Source: Raillietiella orientalis (taxonomy: Eukaryota). From it: a DNA stretch of 64,000 bases. Location: contig JAYWIR010000037.1 of assembly GCA_036172245.1 (NCBI GenBank), positions 1,674,001-1,738,000 on the forward strand, in the 5' to 3' direction. The notes under the pieces are model-generated. The model had not been told where the DNA came from. It searched no databases and saw only the letters and a program-made list of their open reading frames with translations. Shown in pieces: positions 36,900-49,500 of the stretch (positions are counted from its first letter, which is position 1; each line of letters begins with the position of its first letter). The translations under genes and the position numbers were made by a program.

Positions 36900-37450
36900 T
36901 CAATTTATTCTGATGTCAAAGGAGTAGCACCACGGAGATTTTATTCCAATTAGGGGTGCTAAATTAGAAAGCCAGATGAACGTGTGGTAAACGGTGCACG
37001 ACGAAAAGATGCTTACTTCTTTATACACACGTCTACCTCTGTTTCACTGCAAAGAGTATCTCCGTCCCCATTCGTGAGGAGTGAATTTTTTCTGCTCAAC
37101 TTATATCTAAAGACAGGAAAGCCTTGGTTGTCATGGAACCCACAGGAGTTTCTCTGATGGAAAAGCACTTATTCTTTTCGGCTTGTGTCTTGGTTGATGG
37201 AGAATTAAGCAAAGTTTGAGTTTGTGATTCATCAATTTCGCAAATTTACTTGGTTCTGTTTCTATGGATTTTTCGAAAATCAAGCGTGGCTTCCGTGATC
37301 ACTCTTTGAAGAGTGAAGAAAACTCTTTCCTTGATACGCTGCGCTTGTTGAACGTATTGATAGACTATGGAACATGTGCTTTTCAAAAGTGGTTTTGTTC
37401 CTTCAAGTTTTGGTTCACCTATTCGGCTTCTTTGGAAACGCTTATGTTTT
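36900..37450 (+). mobile_element. CR1-like ORF2 3' end
   Basis: CKEYLRPH (YKxxVRPHLEY) and FRDHSLKS...NVLIDYGTCAFQKW (TRGHSLKL...RVxxxWNxLP). Confidence 0.55.
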
Positions 37451-37849
37451 TGTGAGGACGGGGTTCAAGCACTGTATACACATCAGTTTTTCTAAACATT
37501 CTCTTTTTGGGTTGCGTGGAAAAACCTTTCCAAGAGCCCACATAGCTTGAAGGCATTTTGAGGATAGGCACCAGATGACTTTTCGTATCTACTCTATCAT
37601 GTTCGAAAATGTGTCACAGTCAGCGTTTTTCTTTTTCTTCTAGGATTTTTGAAGCTCTGAATTTTATACAAACTTTGGCTCACTCCGAAACACCCTGAGC
37701 ATCCCTTTAAGACATCCGCAACGTGTTCATTCCTTGATGTCTGCTTTTGGAAGACAGCTCGGAAACAAATTGTAAGACCAAAAGCATAGCATTAAAACGT
37801 GCATGTCAGTATCATTTTTGAATGGATGTATTCTGCTTCTGAACCTTTC

Positions 37850-38330
37850 AAGGAATAATTTTGGGAACTATCATATTATTTAATACCCGAGTGATGGTGT
37901 TGTCAAAGAAAATGGCAGTCGAGCGGTAACTGTCTAGACGCTCGTTCCAGAAACTTTAGAAATGAACCGAAAATTCACGATCTGAAGTTTTTTTTTTTTT
38001 TTAGTGATACTGCGACTCATCCAAACTCGTGCCGGAGCTTACGGATTCACAGACGCAAATCCCAGAAACATCCCTTTCGACAAACTCGGATATTACGTGG
38101 GAAGTTGTTTGTGAATTGGATTTATTCCCAATTTTTGGCTTTCACTTTAATGCGCGCCTTTCCCACTAAGGAAGGTGATGGTTTTGTGGATGAGGATTTG
38201 GGAAATGAAGACTTTTTGTCGAAATTTTACACACAGATTACGAAAATTAAATATTGCGCCTGTTGAAGAAAAACGTGAAACCCAATCAGCTGATTATGCA
38301 GCGATTATTTTGTGCCAGGGGGGGGGGGGG
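37850..38330 (+). mobile_element. pogo/Tigger DDE_1 remnant
   Basis: ANPRNIPFDKLGYY (NPR...LPVxY), KLFVNWIYSQF (LFxxWxxxxF) and ETQSADYAAI (TxxxQPxDxGxI). Confidence 0.45.
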
Positions 38331-39439
38331 GAAACATTGACAACTTTTCCCTATTTTCTTGAACTCTGTCAACTAGTCTTTTTGGAAACGGAAAGCTCTT
38401 TCGTGGGCCCTCAATCTCGCTAAGGAAGAGCATTTCTCAGCTAATATGGGTATTTCTTTGTACTGATCCGATGCACCATCAATTAATGCTTTGGAGAATA
38501 GCTCTTGTCGTCATACAGTCATTCGTGTCCGTCAGCTCACTTCTCCAAATGAATTCCGATATATTTGTCTTGCCAGCTTCACTGATGCATCAGCTGCTCG
38601 AAATTTCTTCATGATTTCATTTACAGTAAACTCTTGTTTACATTTACCACACGTTCATTTGCCTTTCTAATTTAGCACCCCTGATTTGAATAAAATCTCC
38701 GTGGTGCTAATCTCCTTTGACATCAGAATAAATTGAAAATGATTTATTTCCGTCTGTTTCAAATCGCATCTTCCAAAGGAAATGTCACGACATGAAACCT
38801 CAGCCTCAGCTTTGAGAGAGTTCCTATTCCTTGTAAAGTCAATATTCTAAGGCAATACACTCTTCCAGTCAATAACGATGTGTTTTGGAGTTGAATCACC
38901 CTCGTTTGCCCTGTGGAATGCATTCTGCAGTTCATCCACGTAACCTCCAAAATGGACCGCAGAGCAAAGCTGTTATTGCAAATGTATTTTTGAAATTTAA
39001 AATTTTCATCTATTTAAAAAACCAAAAAATGGCAAATGATAACATGCCTATGGTTTGCTATTGATCTGCTTTCACGTACCTTTCACCGTTCAGAAAATTG
39101 CCTTCTGAAGTGAGATTTCATTATGCAGTTCATGTTTCATGTTTATAACCCTCTATTAACTATGATCCAGGCTCTTTGTCAATTTTTCGTGCTATGCACT
39201 CTTTTTTTTTGGACCTTTATGCTTAATTCCAAGGATCCTTCCACAAGAAAACATAGCCGTTCTTCATGTCTCCTTGCTAAAGTACTCCTATGCAAGTAGG
39301 AGTGAGTCGTTAAATTAACCACATTCCAGAGGAGTCTATGAATGCAGATATCTTAACGCTAATGGGAAATGTTCACAGCTTCCATAAACATCATTGGTTC
39401 AATTCTTCTCTGGTTTCACCCTCTCTTAGAATGAGTCAT

Positions 39440-39900
39440 ACGCAAAGTCTCCAAAACAGAACACTCTCTTTCCAGCTTTGGATCATTTTCCTCTTTTCAA
39501 AACCGATAGGCAGCTCAAACCACCGCCAAAGTTCCATACGATTCTTTGATTTCAAGCTAACTTTGGCTGCAAGCAGAAAGTGGCGATTCCTGCATCTGAT
39601 GCTCGTGTACCCTTTTGCGGTCGTTCTGGAATGAACTTCTCCCTCACAATTTTCCTTATTTTCGCTGCAGCACTCTTTTCTGAAGACAGTGACCACACAT
39701 TCATACATTTATGCAACTTCCCCCTTCACATACGGAAGCCTTTCAACTTGACTCCCAGCTGAAAAGATGGTTAGCTTTGATCCCCTTTGCAATAGATGGG
39801 AATCACCTCCACCTATGGTCACTTTTTGTGGCGGTCAATGCGTGTCGAAAACACCATCATGACGTAATTTCTCGAAATTGTTGGTTCTCTTTTAACCATC
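39440..39900 (-). mobile_element. Possible pogo/Tigger remnant
   Basis: WLKENQQ...KGYTSIRCRNRHFLLAAKVSLKSK loosely matches GxKxxKxRxTxLLxxNAxG..KL. Confidence 0.25.
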
Positions 39901-41419
39901 TGAATTTGTGTGACATTCATTTTTTTTTTTTTTTTTTTTTTCCCCCACCAGATACTTCATTAAACACCCTTTAATTTAAATTTTTTGGGTGTGTCATCAA
40001 GTTTTTTTTTTTTTCAAACTTCTCTAACTCTGTTAATCATCATGTTGACGTCATTTATTTTTTAAACCGAGCTTGTTAATAAATTTTGGCTCTTCGAGTT
40101 CGAGTTGAAGCACAACAGGAGAAGATCCCCTCCTATTGGTGTCAACATCCGGGATGTGGTGCATCAGTCCCCTGGAAACGATTTAATGCACAAACGCTTC
40201 ACCTTATCAAACTCGTTTGGTGCTTTTTATTGGCTTCTGCTGCCGTATATCTTCAGCCTTTGATCATTTCTTCGATGGCCGAAGAATATTTACTCTTAGG
40301 ATTTTACCGAAAGAGAAGATGAGGAATTTTGGAAACATTTTTTTTTTTTTTCCACCTCTTTTTTTTTACCCCCTTTTTACTAGTGTTTATGGTTTCATCT
40401 CCGATTTCACGAGTGTTGTCATGATCCTTCTCTTTGATGGTCCTCCGTATCTCCGTATCTCATGTCCAACATCTCTAGCTCACCGTGTAAATTCAGAACG
40501 CCCTTTGGAACTTTCTAGGATTTTTATCATTTGACGGGAATTTGCGAAATTCCAAGATGGATTCATCGTCATAAAGAATCCCTTGGGCTTTTGACTGAAT
40601 TTCACGCAAGTGCGAAATTCTGTGCATTCAATGCAAATGACATGACTTTCAAACACTGATCCCGAGCGTGCCGGTGGCAATATGTGGGAATATTCGCTAA
40701 GATTGTGAACCGTTTCTTTTCAGCAATGCAAGTCTCCATGGTTTCACTAAAGGGGACTTTTCCAAGCCCTCGTGGAAAGAAGAAAAGGAATTATGATGAT
40801 GCGCAAGTTCTTTTCTTCTAGGTTTGGACATCAAATCCATCTGAGCTGATATGCCCTGAAATCTCCATGACAATTTGCATTCTTTCCATTCTGCTGGTAT
40901 TGGTTTGATTCGGGCTCGGGTGCACCGCTTCTTACACAAATCCGTTACGGCCTTTTTCTGCGATGATTTCGCTGGAGTAACTTTTTCGTCGAGAGATTCG
41001 ACAGCACTAAACTTGCGGAACTAAAATCTCCAGTGAACATTCCTGAAATTCCATTACAATCGTGACACTTGGATGAGCGCTTTCAGTCTCATTCGTTCTA
41101 ATTACAAGATTGTATCCTCAAGTCTTGGTAAATGACCCCTTATGCACTTGCGCATTACGATTTTTTTGAGTGTCCACACAGTGTTAGTTAAACAAAAGAG
41201 ATGACATTGTCCCTTCCAAAAAAAAGTGGATGGGAAGAGAAAAACTCATTACAGCAGGCTGCATACTTTGTTTCTGCATTTACTATCTGGAGATGCTCTC
41301 TCTCAAATCAGTTGTCATGGGATTTAAAGATGCTCAACGATATTCAACGATCTAACCGCTGGCTGTGCAATGCCTTACGCCTTCTTTATCCTCAGTGATT
41401 GGGAAACTCTACAGGATCA

Positions 41420-41750
41420 GAAATCATTGAATGTGCCCCATTCCGTGATTGCTGCCCATGCACTTTCACCTACTGCCCTACTAGCACCTTTGCAAATTAT
41501 GACGTTGCAAGTGAAGTACAAGACTTCAAACGGTAGATTTAGTGTACTGAGTCGTATGATTACTGATAGCTTGCACCAAAGGTTATTATCAAGCAGTAAA
41601 TGAAATTCCACGGATGCAGACACTCCGCATTTTACAGCCTCGGTTTTGTGGCATAAGGCATACGTGGTGGTACAAGTCTTCAAAAGAGATGAACGCTTTT
41701 GGTGGATCCGTGATTTGATATGTGGGTTGCATGATGAGAGCATGGCGAGT
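41420..41750 (-). mobile_element. Academ-like XPG/PIN nuclease domain remnant
   Basis: LSSCNPHIKSRI (LxPCNHEEADTRI), FHLLLDNNLW (FxxLxxxELW) and LPFEVLYFTCNVII...VGESAW (LPFFHAFTGCDxVS...GKKSAW). Confidence 0.5.
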
Positions 41751-42299
41751 TTTGGCCTTTACCGTGTATATCCACCACTGCCACACAGCTCAAAGTTTCC
41801 CTAAGGCACTAATTTGTGAGCATGGGATATACTATTTATTGGCTTCAATCCGTGAATGTGTGGTGCGCAGCGTAGTAATACAGATTTCAGCATATCAATC
41901 GAGCATTGTGGCAATAAATAACCAGAATAAACCAGAAATCACCAAAGATCTCAGCGCATTCTCATCACAACAGGAATTATTCTCGGGTTTTCGGGTACCT
42001 GAGTATTCAATGAGGACACTTTGTTTCAGAACCTTTCGGGGTCAGCAGTGGAAAAATATGGAGATCAAGAGAATGATAGCCAAATGAATCCGGTTTCACC
42101 TTCTTTTTTACTTGGTCTTTCCGCTGGTTATTTCATGATTTTATCATTATGTCTCTTTCACCTGCAATCATGACTATTTTTTTCTTTTCTTTTTTTTTTC
42201 TCGTTCAAAAAACACCCAAATGGAACTTGATCCCGCTCTCCACTGTAAGTACAGATTTGCCCCTGATCCAGACTATTCCGGCTCACTTGTAGACAAGAA

Positions 42300-42650
42300 A
42301 TGGGATGAAACTTTGAGAAACAAATCTAAAAGGATTAGACATTTTGGCATATGCTTACCAAAGTTGAACAGCACGGAACGGTCGTAGAAGTCTTGGAGGA
42401 ACGAACGGTGGGTTTCAGTACGTGGAAATGGGATAATCCTATTTTTGGCTGCAGATTTAGCAGCTGATCCTGTCGAGATAGAATGCAACTTTTCAGAAAA
42501 AATTCGGGATCGCGAAAACCTTTGAACGCGACTTTTGATGAGAAAGCTAATGAAATTTCATCCTATCAGGCAGAAATGGCAGCGTTCATCAAGTCCGGAC
42601 AATTTCTTTATTTCCTAGGAAATCAGAATTTGGCGTTGTCAAGTTATGGG
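42300..42650 (-). mobile_element. LINE ORF2 extreme C-terminus remnant
   Basis: KKLSGLDERC (LxLxxLxxRR), followed by IPFPRTETHRSF...RSVLFN (IPxxRTxxxxSF..R...WN). Confidence 0.35.
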
Positions 42651-43619
42651 AAAAGATGATTTGACCTCATACTTCAGAAATAATTTGCAAATGAAAACAG
42701 GAAGCTGCCGCTCGCAGGCATGTGGAGCCGGCAGAAAGAATTCCTCAAGGCTTCATCTTTCGTTCCTTTTCGGTTAGAAATGCCGATTTCCTCCTCCGTG
42801 ACGTTAGTGACGAAATTTTTTTTCTCGCCATTTTTTTTTTTTTATTACTTGAACTTAGGGAAGCTGAACCGCTCCACTGTTGTCTACCAAATGAGGATCA
42901 CCATGTAACGAATGATGATGACTTTTTCGGTCTTCAATTGCCGATGACTACAAGAACGGGATTGTTTTCATCACAGTGTCAGTAATTCGTTGATGGATTA
43001 CTTTTCACTTGGCTTAACACACCTCAGTCGTGGTGTGCAAAGTCGCTGCTGAAACATCAACCAATAGTCAAATATGCAGTGGTAATATTTTGAGTGAACT
43101 CTGTGCATGGATCTTCGATCTACTCTCCAGCATTTGTTTCTTGATCGTGTCAAAGGATCGAAATAGTTCGCAATTTGAATTTGCTATGTGAAAAAATCTC
43201 AAGATGACGGAAACTGCAGTTAATTGTATGCAGTTCAGCTGACGCGAATCAGATGAATAGCCGGAAGCTACATGGAAACGAAAGTCGCCGTTCTTTGTGA
43301 GATGAAAATTTTGCCCTCCGTCCAAAGCAAGCAGACAACACGAATTTCTGAAGGAATTTATGTATGAGAATTCGAAGCGGAGGGCATAATTGAAATGAAA
43401 GGACTCAGAAGAGCCCTTCCTTTGAAATGCTGTTACAGATTTGATGACCACTTGACAAATAAGTGAAGCTGACCGAGCGAAATCACATTTTACGTATGGC
43501 TCAGCTGCAATTACGAATTCAGCGGAAAAGTACAGGAAAACGCTAAGATCAAATTCATATGTAGCAGAAAATCCAAGTTACATCACGTTATCCTCGAGAA
43601 TCGCTCATCTCCTGATGAA

Positions 43620-44800
43620 ATTTAGAAAGAAGCAGTCTCGGCAAAAACACCCGGAAGAGCACGTAATAATGCCAGAGTTCAGAAGAAATGTTCACCTTCC
43701 ACTTGAAAGCACGAAACTGTGTGAAGACCTGAATACTTCGAGGTCGAAGCAGACTTTTCATACAGCTTTTCTGATTCATTACGTAAAGATGTGGTCGAGC
43801 AGCCACAGAAAGAATGGATGTGAGACGCGTGGAGTTGCCTTTGTTCGGAGTTCAGTAGGTGGCAGTGGATGCTGCATGATTACAAGCGCGCACCATCTAA
43901 ATTCCCATTCTACGAGCGTATAATGAAAGCAAGGGCATAGGATGACTACATGAAAAAGGAACCTTATCAAAAAGACATGGAACATGTGAAAAAGAAACTT
44001 CTACAAAACTTCACCCTTGAGGAAATTTTGCTTTCTTCGTTGGCAATCGACAATTTTCAGTGAAAAAATGCACTTGAATCCATGCATGAAAGAGTTATTT
44101 TTTATTCTTAGTTTGGTCACTCACTGCTCATTATCTTTTCCTCACACTCTTAGAACTATTCAAATGCCAATTTAGAGCCATTTGTTTATTACCGCGGCAA
44201 GGAATAGGGAGTGACAGCATCACAGAGGACAACTTCAACCAAGTTGATCAGACTCTGTCATGAAGCAAAACTTGCTGAATTGGCGTTTCACTTGGCTGCG
44301 GAAAAAGACGATGAGAACTGATCTGATATGTTCGCAACATACTACGAAACCTGATCCAAGCCTCTGTACGTGGTCCATGTCTAAAGATGCCAAACATTAC
44401 AAAGTTGTCAATTTTTTCAAGCAGGATATCATACCAAGCATTTCTCGATCTCTGAGAAGAAGGAGTCACGAGAAGGAACACTTTAGCAGTCTCGGATGAC
44501 CAGGTAGCTAGGAGACCGAATTGCTCACAAGAAAACCGAGCGGTAAAACTTTAGCATGCTTGGCATTACATTGATGGGAATTTTGTTTCCGGGTTTCAAG
44601 CTGGAACGAGTGTGCAAAAGACATTTTCTTTTCCAGGAAACTAATCATTGGTCGCAGCATCCTTGCAGATGAAAAATGAAAGTCTATTGCAAGCTGCAAG
44701 ATTGGATGGGTAATCATAGATTCTCTGATCTCAATCTCCTCTCGATAATGAAGCAAAAGGAAAACGCCCGAGAAAAGGAGTGAAAGCCACAAGAAATGCA
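43620..44800 (+). mobile_element. Academ-like transposase N-terminal/core remnant
   Basis: HLPLES...TSRSK...IHY (TPL...TRSK...ISY), GVAFVRSS...HHLNSHST (GVxxP...DHNPSST) and KLQDWMGN (LGDWLxGSGW), in order. Confidence 0.5.
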
Positions 44801-45739
44801 GCTATTCAAGAATCAACCACTTCGGGTTTCTCACTCATCAGTCGTAGGGACCATGTCAGGAAATGTCGGACTACCTGGATTTGTAAACTCCTGAGAGAAG
44901 AATGTTCCTTGACGGATTTCTGTGAGTGGATTGGTTTCGTCTTCGCACCAGCGCAGCCTCACTCAGTAGGCATCTAAATAGAAAAATAAGATAGCTTGGA
45001 ATTGAAATCGGAATTTTCATCCCAGGTTAGAATCCGAAGCTAGAATCGAAAAGACTGCGTAGCTGAAGATAAGAGTATTTCAGAAGAGTGTTTTTAGATA
45101 TTTTTCGGAAGATAAGAGTTGGGAAACGAGCTCATAAAGAGAGATGCCTATTTCTAATGTCATGGAGCTTAGCATCCTCCTTCGTCCTTGAATCCATTGA
45201 AAACCGATGAAACCGAGAAACACCGTGCTACTATGCCACACAGATGAGTCTTCGTCACGATGCTCTGTTGTGTGATAGTCGTCATAGAAATGCTCTTGCA
45301 TTTTTTCTATCGAGTTCCCTTCGATTTTGTTAGCGTTCCCAAAGTTATTGCAGGTGTTTGTTTCCTTCTTTTCTCTCTCTTTCCTATTCCCTCCTCCTGC
45401 AATCTGATTTTGCTCTGCGTGCATTGGTGCTTGCCGCCCTTTCTCTCACTGCTGCCTCGAGAAATGTTGCTTTGCCTGAGCTCTGTGCACCTTCCTTGGA
45501 GATCCGGAGGTAAACTCTCGATGGCGTTTCCTACGTTCCATTACTGCGTTCATGAGCTTTCTACGACAACACTGCCCATGGTCAGCGTCGATGTCAACGC
45601 CGTGACTGTTTGTGTCAGCGAAGCGAGGATTATCTAGAAACATGAAACTTCAGAGTCTGCTCCGTTCTTCAAGCGCGCCAGTGGGGGTTTTGGAAAGCAG
45701 TGGGTATTTCCGGAAGCTGATCTCGCCCTCTAGATGTTG

Positions 45740-46590
45740 AAACAAAGTCCCATATCCACGCAATTGCTTTTGAAAATCGAGAGTTGGGAAGTTTCGGGGC
45801 ATCTGAGCTTTCTTTCCGAATCCTCATTTCCACACAAAGGTACTGATTCGATAGAGTGGGCTGCTTGGTGTACCCCAGAAGAACTCCTTCCCTTGTGTGT
45901 GAGCACCTTCGTGTTCTCTCTCCTATGGAAACGGGATGTTCTGTTTCTGCACTGGGAATTCCAGTGCAATCAGCGTAGACATCTGGTTTCCGGGAGAGTT
46001 GCCTTTCCGAACTGTTTTAAGGTACGGGACGATGGAATCGCTCCCGCACCTCTTGTTGGACTGCAGTGCCCTGGAAGACTTGTGGCGGAGACTGGCTTCG
46101 GCGCTCCGAAAATCGCAGGACACCGCTTTGGACTTGCTGAGACATGCAAGGCGGGCTGATGAAGAGCTCTGTAATAGCGACAATCTGCTGCATCCGCGCC
46201 ATTGTGACAGCCCTCCATGTGTTGGAGTCAGACTCGTGGCTAGCAGAGACCCCAGCATGGCAGCAGCTCTCATGAGGGCAGCAGCAAGGTGGCCTCGTCT
46301 GCCAGATGAAGTCGTCAGGAAGATCACTACCGTTCAGAGCTGCTTCTAGGAAGGAAAAACGTTCGACATCAAAGGTACCTTTCCCTACCCTCGAATTTTT
46401 TACTCATTTATTTACTGTCTCCTTTTTCCTTTCCCAACTTTTTGGATGCTGGCCAGGGTGCTGACCGAAAACCCCAAAGAACTTTTGAGGGGGAGGGGCA
46501 TATCTTGTTTTTGAGAGTTTCTTTTCCTCTCTTACTTGCATTTCTTGTTTTTAAAGTAAACATCCCGGGAAGACCACAGTTATAAATAAA
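45740..46590 (+). mobile_element. L1/Tx1-like retrotransposon 3' end (zf-RVT domain and 3' UTR)
   Basis: IEWAAW...FPNC[fs]GTMESLPHLLLDCSALEDLWRRLASAL is a CCHC zf-RVT motif. The stop is at 46349, followed by a pyrimidine-rich UTR and AATAAA at 46585-46590. Confidence 0.8.
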
Positions 46591-46799
46591 CTTCGGAGGG
46601 AAGGGGGGGTGCGGAAAAGGACCGCAGTCTGCTGGGGGAGGTCCGCTGCATCCTCTACTGGACTCCGGCAGGCTCTAGATGTATGGCCCTCATGAAATCG
46701 GACAGCAAAGTGGACATGGCACCTCTCTCGCTCGGTCCTCCTCTTGATTCCAGGCAGCTACAATCCCGCATAGGCAACAGAGAGCTAGGGTTGGCTAGG

Positions 46800-47060
46800 G
46801 AGGCTGAGGATTAAAAGGCGTCGCGAACGCAGAAGGAATGCGGAGCGTCCCTAATGTTGCCTCTGGGGGTTCCTAGAGTCGCGGCAAAGCGTTTCCAGAG
46901 TGAAAGGAAGGCAACACAATCCAAAAGCAGGTGGGGGAAGGATTTGCGCTCCCCTCACCTGCCACAGTTTGAGCCCACACACACCCGTGTCCAGAGATGC
47001 CGCTGGCACCGATTGGTGGTGCCCGTCGCGATTCTAGTTGTGCACACAAAGATGCAGAGG
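46800..47060 (-). mobile_element. Second L1/Tx1-like zf-RVT fragment, inverted relative to the previous copy
   Basis: QRHLW...NCGR*GERKSFPHLLLDCVAFLSLWKRFAATL is clearly paralogous to the + copy at 46030-46110. Confidence 0.78.
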
Positions 47061-47099
47061 TGATTTCCGTGTGCTCCAGAAACGCATTCCAGGATCAAT

Positions 47100-48050
47100 C
47101 GATTTTTTATCTTCTGAATCATGCGTGACGAGTAGCCATAAAGAACTGAGGTCCATGTAAACGACGTGGCTTATTGGAAGCATCATCTTGGGCTGCAAAT
47201 CTAGAGATCGTAAATGTCTTCTTCTGTTAACAGGTTGAGTAGACCCTCTCTCTGAGAGGATGAACGTCTTGCATCCATCGTGATGAACGTGCAGTGCCAG
47301 GAGTCAAAATAAAGCAAAGAGTGGGGAGAGGGAGGGAGAAGGAGAAGCAAAGAGTGCAGTACCGCTGCCCCTGGACGAATCGTCTGATGAGGATCCCGAA
47401 GTGGAGCCCACACGCCGCTTCTTCTTCTACGCCCATTCGCTCCCCTCCACCTGACCACTCCGCAACCTTGCGGCTCGTCTCCCAGCCGACCCTCCCGTAT
47501 GCTCGGACCGCACCCGAAAGGAACCCTTTCCGGAAGCCCGAGGATGAGGGCGCCCAGGAAATTTAGGACACAGAAGCAGCAGCATCGCTGATCCTCACCT
47601 TACACTTCCCCTTCCCTACCCCCCTTTTTCAGGGCGCGAAGTCACGCTGATGATGTGGCACATGATGATCGCTTGGATAGAAGGAGTCCTTCCCCTCCGG
47701 AGACCCTGGAGAATAGGGCACACGAGCTGCAAGCACCGGGCACTCGGGGATGGTGGCTGTCAAATGGGGGCACCAAACGGGCACTCAGATGGAACCATGG
47801 TGGTCAGAAGGCATCCTCTCCAGTATGCATGTGGGAACAGCATCCTGGAGTTGGTAGAGACCGGACACATTCCTCCCGCAAATGCGAGGAAGGGAAGGAA
47901 CGCGCAGCGACCAGCCAGGTCATTCAGGAATGATCAGCAGGAGGTCCGAGCCTCAAGGTAGGGTGTGCTCGACGGAGGAAGAGAAAGAGGAATGACCGCA
48001 CACTTGGGTTCCAATCCATTCCTCTGGAGCGAGCTCTCACCATCCCTGTG
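47100..48050 (-). mobile_element. L1/Tx1-like APE endonuclease remnants (at least two partial copies)
   Basis: GVWAP...LLYFDSWHCT..MD...LLNLLTEEDIYDL...SFTWT...SSRM (NVYAP..GDFNC..LxDxW..FTW..SRID) at 47100-47420. Two separate SDH motifs occur at ~47800 (MPSDHH) and ~47665 (YPSDHH). Confidence 0.65.
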
Positions 48051-48099
48051 AGATCCCCCTTCTGACGGGCTCCAGGGAGCGTTTCGCTGCCAAGACTCC

Positions 48100-49500
48100 A
48101 CGCAGGGGAACATCTTCTTCCTTAGGCCTTCTTTTGGCCCTCAGGACAAATGTTCGCCGGGATTCAGGAGCCGAAGAGAAGACGGCGGTGGAGGGATACC
48201 CCGCGGGTTCCTGGAGCTTCCCGGTTCATTCCCTTTCCTTTCCCCTCGCTTCCTCTGCTCCCATCCTGCTCGCCCCAGGAAATTCGCGTTGCGAGGACTT
48301 TGGAAGCTCAGGACCTCAGGGAGGGTGGGCGCTCTTTGCTTCCCGGCCTTCCCGCTTTCTGCAGCTGCGCCGGGAGTCGAAGAGGTTCACGGCTCCCTTC
48401 CCTTTCCCAAGAGCTGGAGACATCTGGGGAAAAACTCCCTCCCAGCTTCCCCTGCAGGGAGGAGCGTTGCCACGGCGACAGCCACTCCCGCTCCTAGCGC
48501 GCCCTGAGGCTCCCGAGCGGGTTTCGCGGGTGCCCTTCCGTTCCCATCCTACCCTGCCTGGGTTTCCCGGAAGCCGCGTCGCGCCTGCAGGGAGGAAACT
48601 GCCCTTCCCTCTCTCTCAACTTGGCCTCTCCCCGATCTGGACTGCAGATCCAGGCAGGCCTCAGCCACCCGTCCGTTCCCCATCCGAGGTCCTCGTCGCG
48701 TTCCTCGGAGGAAAAAGCCCTTCAGTCGACCGATCGATCCCGGAGACCGGTGTTGGGGAGAGGAGGCAGGGGTCCTCCGCCCATTCTTCGAGATTCCCGA
48801 GCTCGTCTCCCAGAAGAATGTGGGCGGAGGACCCTCGCCGTCATCAGGGAAAAGGCGGGGTGAAGGAGATCCAATTTATCCAGTTCCTGGCTCACCGCCT
48901 GGATAGCAGAGTCTCTCAGAACAAAAGGAGGGAATCTTTTGGGACCGGTCGTCCCCAACCCCCCCCCTGCTTTGACCACCCGATGGCTTCTCTCCCCGCC
49001 TCCCCGCCCCTCCCTCCTCGCCCTGGCACGTCTCCAGCCCCAGGGAGACTGCGATTCATGAGGAAAGAAAAGGGGAGAGCTGGGAAATTCCCTCGGGGAT
49101 GCTCCCTTAGGGGAAGCGGGGCCTACATCCGGGACGCTTCCGATTTCCTTCTTCCGGAAGGAGGAGTACTCAAGGAGACTTCTTTGGCCGGGGGGTTCCT
49201 CCCTTCCCCCCTGCTCCCGGTGACGTGACTCGTTCCCCGTCCCCCTTTCCCCCTGCCGTCCTCAGAAGAATGAAATGTCCCGGGAGTCCGTCCCAGGAGG
49301 GCACCACAGGCGCCCTCCTGGGTCGCCTTTGGACACGAAGTTTCCGCCACCTTGTCGCGCGTCGACTTCTTTATTTCCCCTCTCCTCCTCTTGCCCCCTC
49401 TGGACCCGGGGTTGCTCTTCTCCTTCCTCAGTGGGGGCAACTCCGGAGGGATTTCTCAGCAGGACGGCCGAGCGAGCGGACTGCCCTCGCTTAGGTGGCG
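48100..49500 (-). mobile_element. Tx1-like ORF1 remnant (gag-like with degenerate zinc knuckles)
   Basis: RFPPFVLRDSAIQAVS (LPPxxxDxxIxxxLS) and EGQFPPCRRDAASGK (YxGQPxxCRxCxxxGH). The repeated CCTGCAGGGAGG at 48451 and 48584 fits repeated knuckles. It lies 5' of the endonuclease on the same strand. Confidence 0.5.

Noticed and set aside
42359..42469. 111-nt exon-like segment encoding IIPFPRT and LFNFG, reminiscent of CAPA/periviscerokinin and allatostatin-A peptides
   Set aside because: It lacks Gly-Lys/Arg amidation and cleavage sites, and matches the generic LINE C-terminal pattern together with upstream LINE motifs.
48760..48847. Hammerhead ribozyme (minus-strand CTGATGA directly followed by a long stem)
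   Set aside because: The required GAAA after stem II and a cleavage-site stem are absent. Other CTGATGA sites checked (46137, 47384) also lack a complete core.
48134..49228. 364-aa plus-strand ORF (also the 277-aa ORF at 50285-51118)
   Set aside because: Pro/Arg/Gly/Ser-rich products of high GC content, antisense to Tx1-like ORF1/RT remnants.
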